A stretch of 64,000 bases of DNA, taken from assembly GCA_963752475.1 (NCBI GenBank), contig CAVVYR010000008.1:256001-320000 (forward strand). The letters are read 5' to 3'. The position numbers and the translations under genes were made by a program. The notes below the pieces were generated by a model that was given only the letters and a program-made list of their open reading frames with translations, did not search any database and had not been told where the DNA came from. The stretch is from an uncultured Chloroflexia bacterium. Lineage in GTDB: Bacteria > Chloroflexota > Limnocylindria > Limnocylindrales > CSP1-4. Below are positions 8,620 through 18,373 of this stretch, in pieces (positions within the stretch are counted from its first letter, which is position 1; the number at the start of each line of letters is the position of its first letter).

Positions 8620-11210
8620 CGACTTGCGATCGACTGCCACTGCCTGGCCACGGCCTTGAGGCGCCCGCCACCGCGGATCCCGTTCATGGTCCCGTAGGTG
8701 TCGGTACGCTCGTCGGTCCAGCGCACCAGCGCCGTGCCCACGTCGGAGACATAGCAGAGGACCTTCCCGTGGGCCCAGGTGCCGATGCCGGCTCGGCCGT
8801 CGAGGCATGCCCCCTCTCGTTCCTTTGCCGCCGAGGAAGCCGCGCGCGCGCGCCGCTTCCAGTAGGCCTCCATGTCCTCTCCGTTCGTGAAGCGGAAGAG
8901 GACGACGTAGTCGACCGCGCGATGGAGGTCCCGCTCCAACCTGTCGAAGAGCACACCCGTGCGGGCACCCGCCTCGAAGGGATCGAAGGCCACGCCCGCC
9001 GGGCTCTGTCGATAGCGCTTCCAGCTGGCGCTGGGGATGGTGTCGGCCAGCTGCCACTCGATGTCGACCTTGGACGGTCTGGGCGTGGGTCCAGGCGCGC
9101 CTGATGCCCCCTCTCCAGCAGCCGGGAAGAGCGTCTCCTGCCAAGCCGGTCGCTGCGGCACCTCTCCGGTCGCGAGCATCTTGCGCCAACGCTCGTCGGT
9201 CAGACGCTCCGGCGTGGGCCAGGGGAACTCGTAGTAGGAGTACACGCCGCCGAGGGCCACGCGCCAGTCGTCCTCCTTGAAGCCGGGCACGATGACGAAG
9301 ATGCGATCGACGTAGCCAGTGCCGACCTCGAGCACCTCATCGGTCCCCTTGGTGGCGTCCAGACCGCGCATGATGTCGGCGATGATGGCGGCGTCCTCGT
9401 CGAGGTTGGGCTCCCACTTGTCCTTGCCCTTGTCGCCGCTGCTGACCCACAGGCTCTCGAGCTCGTAGTGGATGTACTCGAGCCAGTCGTTGTCACTATC
9501 GGACAGGCGCTCCCCGGCGAGCTCTCCGGTCGCGATGCGTGACAACCGGGCGGCGAACTCGATGTACTCGTCCAGCATCTCTCGCTGCGCCTTCGGCAGC
9601 AACTCCCGGGCAACCAGGCCGTCTCGCGTCAGCCTGGCCATCGCGGCCAGGCGCGCGAAGGGCACCGGATCGGGCTCCACCCAGTGGCGCACGGGCTCTG
9701 GCATGACCCCGCCACCGGTATCGCCGAAGGCCTGCTTGGTGTAAAGGATGGTGTCGTGCTTGAGTTCGGCGTAGGAGCCGAAGCCCGTCTGCTGAGACTT
9801 GGTACGCCACCCATCAGAGCGCATGAAGTCCGGGAAGGCCTCGCCGCGTGGCAGCCACATGGGCTCCACCGCCGCGAGCCAGGCGTCGTACACGGTCTGG
9901 CCCCAGGCCTCGCGGGGACGAGACGCTACCGCCGATCGCATCGCTGCCATCTGCTCGGGGTAGTTGGCCTTGGCCGTCTCGCCAGCTTCGTCCTGGATGG
10001 CCAGCGCGAAGTCCGAGCCGAAGGCGGCCGCCAAGTCCAGTGGTGAACCCAGCACGCGCGGATCGAACAACGTGCCCACGTTCGGACTGACGAGCTGGTC
10101 GAGGATCCACGAGTCGATCACGAACCGGGTGCCCATCAGCCGTACCGATGGTCGCTCCGGATCGATGCGCACGGGACGCTCGGACAAGAGCGCGTCGGCG
10201 ACCGCGCGGATGGTCTCGTCGTTGACCACCGGACTTGGGTCGGTCCAGCCGGCAGACACCACGGCTTCCACGGCATCACGGAGCTCGAAGGGCGTGTAGT
10301 CGTCGGAGACGCCGACGAGGAAGGCCGTGGGCTCGAAGACCTGCTGCCACCGCGGCTCGAGCTCGGCGTGGCCGACAAGGGTCCGAGCGGCCAGGATGGC
10401 ACGACGGAGCCCTGCGGTCTCGCCCTGGACGGCGCCGTCGGGATCGCGTGCACCAGGCAGCTGGAAGGCGTGCTGGCCCAGCACGGACATGGCCCCGAAG
10501 TAGCGCCGCAGGTCCGCGTTGCGCGTGTAGTGGCCACGCGGCGCGAAGGCCGAGTAGTCGGTCAGGGTCTCCAGCACCGGCGACTTGACCGAGGCACTGT
10601 GGTCGTTGATGAGGGCCACCTCCGCCTGTGCCCGCTCGCTCAGGTCGTCGACCGGCAGGCCGAGTACGGAAGCCGTGACGCTCAGCAGGTCGTAGACCCG
10701 GGCTGCGTCGTCCGCCAGAGGCGTGCCGGCCAACTCCCCCTGCTGGGCCATGGCGTTCTGGCGCATACCTACCACCAACTGCTCCAGCGTGGGCAGCAAC
10801 CGACGCTGCTCGACCTCACGCAGGAGCTTGTCGAAGACGAGGTGCCAGGTGTGATACGCCGCGTCGGTGGTGACGAATGCCGGCGTCCCGAGTGCCGCCC
10901 AACCTGGATAGGCGTCGTGGAAGAGCCGGTGGCGACTGGGAACGATGACGAAGCCCTGCTCCGCGAGCCGCTGACGACCCTCAGGCGTCAGGTGCTCGCG
11001 CACCGCCGGGCCGACGTGGACACCCTTGAGCGATGTCGGCGTCGAGGGTCCGGTGTAGGCAGGTGCGTCCTCGAGCAATGGCACCAGTTCGTACCCTCCG
11101 AAGTCAGCAGCTTCGGCCTCTGGGGCTTCCGTGGCGGCGACCACGCCGCTCGACGCAAGCAGCGCCGTCCCCAGGATGAGAGCGGCCCACTTCGACCGTG
11201 ATCCACGCAT
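8616..11210 (-). CDS. Secreted DUF3160-family protein with an extra C-terminal domain
   Basis: Signal peptide; FVTTD, PRGHYTR, SYAELKHDTILYTKQ, GGVYSYYEF, RLTDERWR motifs; purine-rich SD before ATG 11210. Confidence 0.87.
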   Translation of the reverse strand: MRGSRSKWAALILGTALLASSGVVAATEAPEAEAADFGGYELVPLLEDAPAYTGPSTPTSLKGVHVGPAVREHLTPEGRQRLAEQGFVIVPSRHRLFHDAYPGWAALGTPAFVTTDAAYHTWHLVFDKLLREVEQRRLLPTLEQLVVGMRQNAMAQQGELAGTPLADDAARVYDLLSVTASVLGLPVDDLSERAQAEVALINDHSASVKSPVLETLTDYSAFAPRGHYTRNADLRRYFGAMSVLGQHAFQLPGARDPDGAVQGETAGLRRAILAARTLVGHAELEPRWQQVFEPTAFLVGVSDDYTPFELRDAVEAVVSAGWTDPSPVVNDETIRAVADALLSERPVRIDPERPSVRLMGTRFVIDSWILDQLVSPNVGTLFDPRVLGSPLDLAAAFGSDFALAIQDEAGETAKANYPEQMAAMRSAVASRPREAWGQTVYDAWLAAVEPMWLPRGEAFPDFMRSDGWRTKSQQTGFGSYAELKHDTILYTKQAFGDTGGGVMPEPVRHWVEPDPVPFARLAAMARLTRDGLVARELLPKAQREMLDEYIEFAARLSRIATGELAGERLSDSDNDWLEYIHYELESLWVSSGDKGKDKWEPNLDEDAAIIADIMRGLDATKGTDEVLEVGTGYVDRIFVIVPGFKEDDWRVALGGVYSYYEFPWPTPERLTDERWRKMLATGEVPQRPAWQETLFPAAGEGASGAPGPTPRPSKVDIEWQLADTIPSASWKRYRQSPAGVAFDPFEAGARTGVLFDRLERDLHRAVDYVVLFRFTNGEDMEAYWKRRARAASSAAKEREGACLDGRAGIGTWAHGKVLCYVSDVGTALVRWTDERTDTYGTMNGIRGGGRLKAVARQWQSIASR

Positions 11211-11439
11211 GACTTCCCCCTTGTCCACGTGTCCGTCCGCGCTGCGACGCGGTCCCTCTCCACGGTAGTGAGCGAGTGTCCCCCCGGCAAGTCCGGATCG
11301 CGCTCTGGGCCTCTTCCCACGAAGACCGACCTGGATCGACCGCGACCGGCCCGTTGCATGCATGCACCCTCGCAAAGTCGGGTGGTAGTGAGCGAGAGGG
11401 CATGGATCGGAAACTCGTGCTTCGTGCACAAAGAGGGAT

Positions 11440-11960
11440 CAGGAGGTGTTCGAAGTGCTGGCTCTTGAGGAGCCACGACCGTCAGTAGCGCGTCGCTGTG
11501 GGCATCCTCGACGGTGTTGGCACCGTCGAGTGGCACGGGCGCGACCTCGTCGTCAGCGGATACGGCGGGGAGTGGGAATGGCTGTCCTCGGCTGAGACCT
11601 GGGATCCTGGAGAGTTAGGCTTTCACACAGGCAGGCACGCTGGAGCAGAGCCGCACCGAGCACACCTCGGCGGAGCTGGACGATGGACGGTGGACTCCCG
11701 TCGCTCCCGCCGACCCTAGTCACGCTCGTAGCCACCTCCAGGAGTCCAGAGCAGCCAGTGGCTGCAAGTTCCGAGCGTGCCGGGGCATAGCAGGTGGGCC
11801 TGGAGGCGACGGAGGACGATGATCCGGCCAGCGAGGTCGGGCTACGGTCGACCCGGGCGACAGGTGTCTACGTGGAGCAGCAAGAGTGGTCGTTACCGTC
11901 GGCCCGGGCGACATCGGACGGCAAGGACTGGCCGGCGTCGACGCTCCACTGACCCCGGAA
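11440..11960 (+). pseudogene. Probable decayed coding sequence
   Basis: About 500 bp gap with short protein-like frames (e.g. 11498-11719) and no long ORF. Confidence 0.3.
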
Positions 11961-11968
11961 CGACTGAG

Positions 11969-13450
11969 TCAGTCGGCCACGTCGTCTTCGCTGGTCTCCT
12001 GGGCGTGCAGGGGCGCGTCGCTAACTCCGGCTGAGCCATCCGTCGGCTCACTCGCATCGGCATCGGCATCGGCGGCCGTCTCGTCGACAGCGTCGACCTC
12101 GGAGCCCTCTTGTTCGTCGGGTTCCGCGGGCTCAGGCGTGAGCTCCTCGGTCGGCTGCTCTTCGGGCTCCGCGGGCCCCTCGGGCTCCGTGGGCTCCCCG
12201 GTCGGCTGCTCTTCGGGTTCCACGGTCGGCTCTTCCTTGGGCTTGGCTGGCTTGTCCGGCTTGTCGGGCTTGTCGGGCTTGTCGGGCTTGGGAAGATCGC
12301 CGGTGAGATAGGGCGTGATGAGCTGGCGTACGGCACCGGTGAGCTTGCGCGCGAAGGTACCGGTGAGGTGCGACTTGTCGCGCCAGATGAGCGTGTTGCC
12401 CTGGACCAGCGGGCACGGGTCGTAGGGGCAGATCTTGTAGTAGAGCGAACCGAAGTACTGGCCCGTGGCCGCGACACCCTTGCGTTGACCGACCTCCACC
12501 TCACGCTTGTCGGGCGAGAGCCGGCGTGCCTGGCAGCGAGACATGTCATCGCTGTTCCCTCGCAGGCAGTCGACCGGCTGGCCCGCGTTCTGGGGCACGT
12601 CACCGAGCACCATCAGCTTGGTCTTCCGGGGCAACTGGCGGACGAGCTTCTTGATGCCCTTCTCCCACAGCCCCGGCACCCGGAACGGCGCGATGCCCGT
12701 GCCGTTGACCCGCTGCGTGCGATAGCTCTTGCTGGCGGTGATGACCAGCAGGTCCGGCGGGTTCCTGTTGATCTCCGCGATGGCCTTCTCGCGCCAGGCT
12801 CGGCAGCTGCGGCCCTGATCGACTTCGTACTGTCCGCGCGGGATCATGCCCGGAACCGGCAGGCAGCTGCCCTTGATCATGGTCGTGAGACGCCAGCCGT
12901 CGGCCTTGGCAGCACGCTGGAATGGGTCCACCAGGACGCCGGCATGCGAGTCGCCCATGAGCACGACCCGGCCGAGCTTCCCGATGGGCCCGAAGCCGCA
13001 GATCAGGAGGGTCGACGAACCGAGGTCCGAGTTGCAGCCGGCGGCGACATCCCCGTAGTCCTTGGGAGCGGTCGCGAGGCTGGGTCGAACGTTCGCGGGC
13101 ACCGGCCGCTGATCCTGCTCGAGCGCGTTGCTGCGGCCGTCCCCATCGTGGTCCTCTCCGCCGTCGCGCTTGCCGTCGCCGTCGGTGTCGGGCTTGCCGG
13201 GATCCGTTCCGAAGCGCTGCTCGCCGAGGTTGCTGAGGCGATCCCAATCGTTGTCCTCGGCCGAGTCGATGACCCCGTCACGGTCGGAGTCGGCCCACTT
13301 GGGCGAGGTCACGCCGTACTTGCGCTCGAAGGCATCGCGCAGCCCGTCCCCGTCCTGGTCGGCAGCGAGGGCCGTCGTGGGCATGAGCAGGGCAAGCGCC
13401 AGCGCCAGGCCCGTGAGTAGGCGGCTGGTCGTGGACTCGAGCGGCTTCAG
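11969..13450 (-). CDS. Secreted protein: DxDxDG Ca-binding repeats, SGNH (O-acetyltransferase-associated type) domain, acidic tail
   Basis: DQDGDG/DRDG/DTDGDG/DHDGDG repeats; GDSHA and DKSH catalytic motifs; full signal peptide only if started at CTG 13450. Confidence 0.82.
   Translation of the reverse strand: MKPLESTTSRLLTGLALALALLMPTTALAADQDGDGLRDAFERKYGVTSPKWADSDRDGVIDSAEDNDWDRLSNLGEQRFGTDPGKPDTDGDGKRDGGEDHDGDGRSNALEQDQRPVPANVRPSLATAPKDYGDVAAGCNSDLGSSTLLICGFGPIGKLGRVVLMGDSHAGVLVDPFQRAAKADGWRLTTMIKGSCLPVPGMIPRGQYEVDQGRSCRAWREKAIAEINRNPPDLLVITASKSYRTQRVNGTGIAPFRVPGLWEKGIKKLVRQLPRKTKLMVLGDVPQNAGQPVDCLRGNSDDMSRCQARRLSPDKREVEVGQRKGVAATGQYFGSLYYKICPYDPCPLVQGNTLIWRDKSHLTGTFARKLTGAVRQLITPYLTGDLPKPDKPDKPDKPDKPAKPKEEPTVEPEEQPTGEPTEPEGPAEPEEQPTEELTPEPAEPDEQEGSEVDAVDETAADADADASEPTDGSAGVSDAPLHAQETSEDDVAD
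12239..12292. repeat. 9-bp tandem repeat (GGCTTGTCG)n encoding a KPD linker
   Basis: Visible tandem units; protein PKPDKPDKPDKPDKPAKPK. Confidence 0.85.
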
Positions 13451-13609
13451 CGATCCATTCCCTGCGTGGCGTCGACCGCCATGCTACCGCCGAGCTGCGA
13501 ACGCCGGCGGCACACGAGCCCCGACGAAGATGGAAGCGCTGGCGGCTTCCGGGGGTTCTTATCATCAAGGAGGTGCCGATCCGGGCACCCGCGCGCTAAA
13601 GGGGGAGGC

Positions 13610-14161
13610 GTGGACCAGCAGCTCATCGTCCAGGCAAAGGGAGGGGACGAACGAGCATTCGCGGACCTGACGTCGGAGATCGGCGCCAGGCTCGATCGAG
13701 TCGCCTACGGCATCCTGCGCGACCGCGACATGGCAGAGGACGCCATGCAGGCCGCGCTGGTTCAGATCTGGCGCAAGCTGCCGACGCTGCGCGATCCGGA
13801 CCGCTTCGAGGCCTGGTCATACAAGCTGCTCGTCCACGCCTGCTACGCGGAGGCCAAGCGGTCGAGGCGGACGATCGGAGGGCTGGTCGACGAAGTCCCC
13901 GGCCGTGATGACCTCGGCGTGGTGCTCGATCGCGACCAGCTGGAGCGCGCCTTCCGTCGGCTCACGCTCGAGCAGCGGACGGTGCTCGTCCTGCGCCACT
14001 ACCTGGACCTGGCACCCGAGACCGTAGCGGCGTCACTTGGCATCCCGGTCGGCACGGTGCACTCGCGGGTGCATCGCGCACTCGACGCCATGCGCGCATC
14101 GCTGGAGGCCGACGCGCGTTCGGTGCTGGCGATCACGAACAACGATGGAGGCGCCCGATGA
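13610..14161 (+). CDS. ECF sigma-70 factor (copy 1)
   Basis: GGAGG SD, GTG start; GDERAF, AEDAMQ, LRDPDRFEAW, region 4 LGIPVGTVHSRVHRA. Confidence 0.93.
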   Translation: MDQQLIVQAKGGDERAFADLTSEIGARLDRVAYGILRDRDMAEDAMQAALVQIWRKLPTLRDPDRFEAWSYKLLVHACYAEAKRSRRTIGGLVDEVPGRDDLGVVLDRDQLERAFRRLTLEQRTVLVLRHYLDLAPETVAASLGIPVGTVHSRVHRALDAMRASLEADARSVLAITNNDGGAR

Positions 14162-15278
14162 AGGAGCGGCACGACCTCGAGCCGATCGTCCACGACTGGC
14201 TCCACCACACGCTGGACACGATCCCCGACCCGACGCACCGGTACGGGCTCGTCGCGTCCGAGGTCAACGAGACGCCCCAGCAGCGCACATGGCTACCAGT
14301 GCCACTCCCGGTGCAGCACACGATGTGGTCGACGGCCAAGGCCATCGTCGCCATCTCCATCGTGGCCCTGTTCGGTGGCCTCCTCCTCGTGGGGGCCCTG
14401 ACCACGCGGCAGGTCGACGAGGTCCTCCCGGCGACGGTGCCCGAGGGGCAGGCATTCCCGACCGGGGCATTCAGTCCGAGGAGGACGGGGTCATGTTGGA
14501 CTTCCGGCCGGACGGAACGTGCGTGCGGGCAGGGGTGCCTTGCACCTTCGGGGTCAACGGGAAGTACTTCTCCGAGACGACGTTCGAGGATCCGTCGGGT
14601 GCACAGGTACCAGCGACCTACAACTGGAGCTTCGATGGTGAGCAGCTCACCTTCGAGCGGTGGGGCATCGACAAGCGTCCGGACCGCCAGAGCGTCTACG
14701 CGGACCACGTCTACACCCCGGTCGGCGAGACGCAGCCCCTGCCTGCCATCAAGACCGGGTTCCCGACTGGCGAGTTCGACGCGATCGATGACAGCAGCAC
14801 ATCGCTGAGCTTCCGTGAGGGCGGCCGGTGGCAGTCCGGCAGTCCCGCCGGTGGCGCGTCCGGGGCCTATGTCGTCAGCGACGATCTGTACACGGAGATA
14901 ACGCACAGCGACACGACCAGCGCGCGGATACCGGCGACGTATCGCTGGCTCTGGGACGGCAAGCGCCTCAGCTTCACCCCCTGGGGAGAGGATGCGAATG
15001 CGTGGCGGAAGTCCGCCTACCTTGGCCACGTCTACGTCGAGGCCGAGAAGCCGGCAGGGCCGATGCGGCGCCTCCTCCTCAGCGATCCTCGCCTCGACGT
15101 CTGGGTCACGGTCGAGATCAACGAGCTCCCTGCAGGAGGCTATGAGGCGCTCGCCACCGTCGATGACGAGCCGTTCGGAGAAGGCGTCGGCGACACGCAG
15201 CAGGAAGCCGTGGAGGCCGCACTCGAGCCCCTGGGCGAGCCCTACGCGAGCGACATGGCAGACAACGTGACGGGGTAG
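14158..15278 (+). pseudogene. Anti-sigma-like TM protein, frameshifted at about 14473 (paralog of 18925-20118)
   Basis: TTC-AG-TCC here versus TTC-GAG-TCC in the paralog; halves lie in ORFs 14158-14808 and 14037-15278; ATGA coupling to sigma. Confidence 0.82.
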
Positions 15279-15337
15279 CAGAGGAGGGAGCCCTCGCGGC
15301 CGTCCGAGGCGGAGCCACGTGGCGTGCCATCGGACCC

Positions 15338-15365
15338 TTGACCCGGACCGTCGGGCGGCGACGAT
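15338..15365 (+). promoter_or_regulatory. Putative sigma-70 promoter of the methyltransferase
   Basis: TTGACC-N16-GACGAT, conserved as TTGACG-N16-GACGAT upstream of the relic at 18014. Confidence 0.45.
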
Positions 15366-15401
15366 GGCGATGTATCGACCATCCCACCGGGGAGACGAAC
15401 C

Positions 15402-16196
15402 GTGCCCTACGCTGACCATCTCCGAGGCCTCTTCCCGACGCTCGAGCTCAGAGTGGCCGACCTCTTCGCACTCGAGGCCCACCAGATCGCCGAGCTCCCC
15501 ACGCGAGCGCCGGACAAGGAGCTGGCCGAGGTACTCCACGCCCATCCGGACATGCGCAGCTTCCTGGAGGTGCGCCACCCACCCATCGCCGACCACCTGA
15601 CGCGCGTGCTCGCCGAACACCCATCGGCCGAAGCCGCCGACCTCGAGACGTCCGAGCAGACACTGCTGTGGGAGATCGGTGACCTGCTCGTCTATGACAC
15701 GGCCCCCGAGCTGTTCGATGCGCTCCCGATGAACGACTGGGACTTCGGAGCTGTCACCGCCCTGGTGGACTTGGATGGCAAGACGGTGATCGACGCTGGT
15801 GCCGGCAGCGGCAAGGTCGCGTTCGGCGCGGTCAGCGTGGCCCGGCATGTCTACGCGGTCGAGCCGGTCGCACGACTGCGCGTGTACATGCGCGACAAGG
15901 CCGCCGCCGGCAACACCAACCTGTATGTGCTCGACGGGACACTCGATGCCATCCCGCTGGCGACCGATACGGCCGATGTGCTCCTGACCTGTCGTGCGAT
16001 CGGCTGGCGCCTGGAGGAGGAGCTGGTCGAGATCGAGCGCGTGGTACGGGCCGGAGGTGTCGCGCTCCACCTGGGGCTCCCGCACCCACCCTCGGACGAC
16101 GATCCACGCCATCGGCGTCTGACCGAGGCCGGCTATGCCGTCGTGACCTACACCGAAGGGCAGGAGCAGCGAACGGCGTATCGGAAGCAGCTCTAG
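15402..16196 (+). CDS. Class I SAM-dependent methyltransferase
   Basis: VIDAGAGSG motif I, VYAVEP, IPLATDTADV, EIERVVRAGG. Confidence 0.9.
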   Translation: MPYADHLRGLFPTLELRVADLFALEAHQIAELPTRAPDKELAEVLHAHPDMRSFLEVRHPPIADHLTRVLAEHPSAEAADLETSEQTLLWEIGDLLVYDTAPELFDALPMNDWDFGAVTALVDLDGKTVIDAGAGSGKVAFGAVSVARHVYAVEPVARLRVYMRDKAAAGNTNLYVLDGTLDAIPLATDTADVLLTCRAIGWRLEEELVEIERVVRAGGVALHLGLPHPPSDDDPRHRRLTEAGYAVVTYTEGQEQRTAYRKQL

Positions 16197-16440
16197 CAAG
16201 GACAGGCTCTGCCCACAGCGCTGAACGGGTCGCCCGTGCCTGCGGTCGTGCCAAGCTCCTCGCTCGCCGGATCCGGGGTCGCGTACACCATCACAGGCGG
16301 ATGCGCAATATGAAGAATGACCTAGGTAGTGATTGATTGGCTGCTGCTGCGCCTGCCCGCTGCAGTGAACCTCGTCCCAGACACCGTGCAGGTGTTGCCC
16401 TGTCAGAGACGTCATCGGTTCAGACGATTGGAGACCCTCC

Positions 16441-16740
16441 ATGCTGCCCCCACGCTACGACGATGAGAAGGCCATCGGATCCGCCGAGTCCCGTCACCGT
16501 GAACGCCACCTCAGCCATGCCCGTGCACTCAGGGATCGAGACCGTCTGGACGGCATCGTGAGCCGGATCGTGGGGCGGTTGGCGTCGCTCCGCACAGCCC
16601 TCACCAGGCGGGGCGCCCTCGCCTACGACGAGCACGAGCTGACCGACTACGTCTGCCGGCTCGAGGACGGCTCGATGGGTCGGGTTGCCATTCGCGAATC
16701 CGATGGTGAATGGATCGGTGTCTGCGTGAAGGTCGGCTAG
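16441..16740 (+). CDS. Small hypothetical protein
   Basis: GGAGA SD then ATG; ordered C-terminal half (YVCRLEDGSMGRV...WIGVC). Confidence 0.55.
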   Translation: MLPPRYDDEKAIGSAESRHRERHLSHARALRDRDRLDGIVSRIVGRLASLRTALTRRGALAYDEHELTDYVCRLEDGSMGRVAIRESDGEWIGVCVKVG

Positions 16741-16969
16741 CCTCCTCGACCAGGTCCTCGTGGCCTGCGAGACCGACGAGTTGACCGCGGCGACGATGCG
16801 GCGCGTGCAGGAGTTGCGAGAGTGCTGGGCCGGCGGCTCGGTGTGGCACGACCGCACCGTCATCAGGGTGAGCATCAGCTCATGGATGACGACCGGGGAG
16901 GACATCACGCGCTCGGTCGACTCGTTCGCGGCGGCACTGGCCGACGTGCATGCCTCGCCTGGTCGATAG
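16741..16969 (+). pseudogene. 3' remnant of a group II PLP-dependent decarboxylase
   Basis: LDQVLV...CWAGGSVWHDRTVIRVSISSWMTTGEDITRS resembles the family C-terminus; N-terminal part absent. Confidence 0.72.
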
Positions 16970-16979
16970 CGCGCGGCCC

Positions 16980-17831
16980 TCAGTCGGTCAGTCGCTCGGC
17001 CATGAAGGCTCGGGCATGGCGCGCGAGGTCCATGCCGTCCTGCCAGTGCTCGCGCCAGATGCCGAGCGTGTTCGAGAGCGAGGACGAGACGACCTTCGAC
17101 GAGAAGGACTCGAAGACGATGGGCCCGTCGTAGCCGAGCTCCCGCAGCGTGGCGAAGAACGTGTCGAAGTCGACCGTGCCGGTGCCCAGGTAGCCGCGAT
17201 GACTCTCACTGATGTGCACGTAGCCGAGACGGTCGCCAGCGGCCAGCACCGGCACCCGGTAGTCCTCCTCCTCGATGTTCATCTGGTAGGTGTCGAGATG
17301 GACGACCACGTTCGGCTCACCGATGTCGTCGATCATGCGCAGGGCCTGCTCGGCGGTGTTGATGAGGTTGCTGTCGTAGCGGTTCACGACCTCGATGCCA
17401 AGGGTGATGTCGGACTTGGCCGCCCGCTGGGCGAGCACCCGAAGCTCGGTGGCGCAGTGCTCCCAGCCAAGGGCAGTGGGCGGGCGGTCGTACTTGCCCA
17501 ACGCGGCGGCGATGACACCGCAGAGATAGGGTGAGCCAAGGTCCCGTGCGACCGATAGCGCGTCGTCCAGCAGGCGAGCGCCGCGGGCCACGATCTCAGG
17601 GTCATCGCTGGAGATGTCGGCATCGAAGGCAAGGCCGAGCGAGCAGGTCGCCTTGATGCCGACGTCCTCGAGGACCCGGGCCGTGTCCGCCACATCGATG
17701 GTGCTGGGGTCCAGCACCGGGATCTCGATGAGGTCGTAGCCGGCCTCCTTCGTGGACTCGATGGCCGTCCGGCACTCGGCCGGGCTCCAGCCGCCGACCC
17801 ACACGAGCGCGTGTAGTCCTAGATCGTTCAT
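16980..17831 (-). CDS. Sugar epimerase/isomerase (D-psicose/D-tagatose 3-epimerase family)
   Basis: GYDLIEIP, EVVNRY, HLDTYQMNIEE, YVHISESHRGYLGTG, FESF. Confidence 0.9.
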   Translation of the reverse strand: MNDLGLHALVWVGGWSPAECRTAIESTKEAGYDLIEIPVLDPSTIDVADTARVLEDVGIKATCSLGLAFDADISSDDPEIVARGARLLDDALSVARDLGSPYLCGVIAAALGKYDRPPTALGWEHCATELRVLAQRAAKSDITLGIEVVNRYDSNLINTAEQALRMIDDIGEPNVVVHLDTYQMNIEEEDYRVPVLAAGDRLGYVHISESHRGYLGTGTVDFDTFFATLRELGYDGPIVFESFSSKVVSSSLSNTLGIWREHWQDGMDLARHARAFMAERLTD

Positions 17832-18013
17832 CGTCAGAACCCCCTCGCTACGTCCGAGACCAGCGTACGTCACTCAGCGCGAGGGTCGCTTCACGACCTC
17901 GACCGTGGTCGGGATCGACCTGGCCTGCTCACGGTCCGCGATCGGGCCCTTGACGCCGGACGTCGAGCACCGACGATGGTGGGACGTCGACCATCTCGCC
18001 TCGGGGCCGAGCA

Positions 18014-18208
18014 ATGCCGTACGCCGAACACCTCCGAGCGCTCTTCCCCACACTCGAGCTCGTGGACCTCGACGGCAGGTCCTTGATCGATACCGGTGCC
18101 GGTGCCGGCAAGGTCGCGTTCGGGGCGGTCCCACAGGCTGAGCATGTCTTCGCGGTCACGTCGCCGAGACATACGTCGAAGGGCAGGAACCGCGACGGTC
18201 ACACCTGA
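18014..18208 (+). pseudogene. Internally deleted relic of the 15402 methyltransferase
   Basis: MPYAEHLRALFPTLEL fused directly to VDLDGRSLIDTGAGAGKVAFGAV; upstream region also homologous. Confidence 0.85.
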
Positions 18209-18373
18209 AGCGCCTCTAGGAAGGAGCACACATCACCTGGCCCGCCCAACCGATGGTTCGTCCGACACTTGCAGGGACGAGATTCGGGTTGGAGACCCTC
18301 TTACCCTGTAGAGGACCGGAACAGGCTCGGTCCTCACGGCGGTCCGCACGATCGTCGACAAGGGATTGGGGCG

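Noticed and set aside
11400-11960. Structured ncRNA in the long intergenic gap
   Set aside because: Only a short hairpin (CTCGACGGTG/CACCGTCGAG); the rest looks like decayed coding sequence
12239-12292. 9-bp tandem repeat as a phase-variation switch
   Set aside because: Unit is a multiple of three inside a low-complexity linker, so frame is unaffected
14461-14490. Programmed ribosomal frameshift
   Set aside because: No slippery heptamer; the paralog shows a simple one-base deletion
14133-16442. 769-aa minus-strand ORF and other long antisense ORFs (3485-4903, 20777-22696, 21355-22926, 52153-53952, 55599-56963)
   Set aside because: Shadow frames of recognisable genes in high-GC DNA; no family motifs
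17890-17930. VVGIDLA peptide suggesting an IS110 or DUF429 start
   Set aside because: Too short and not continued in any frame
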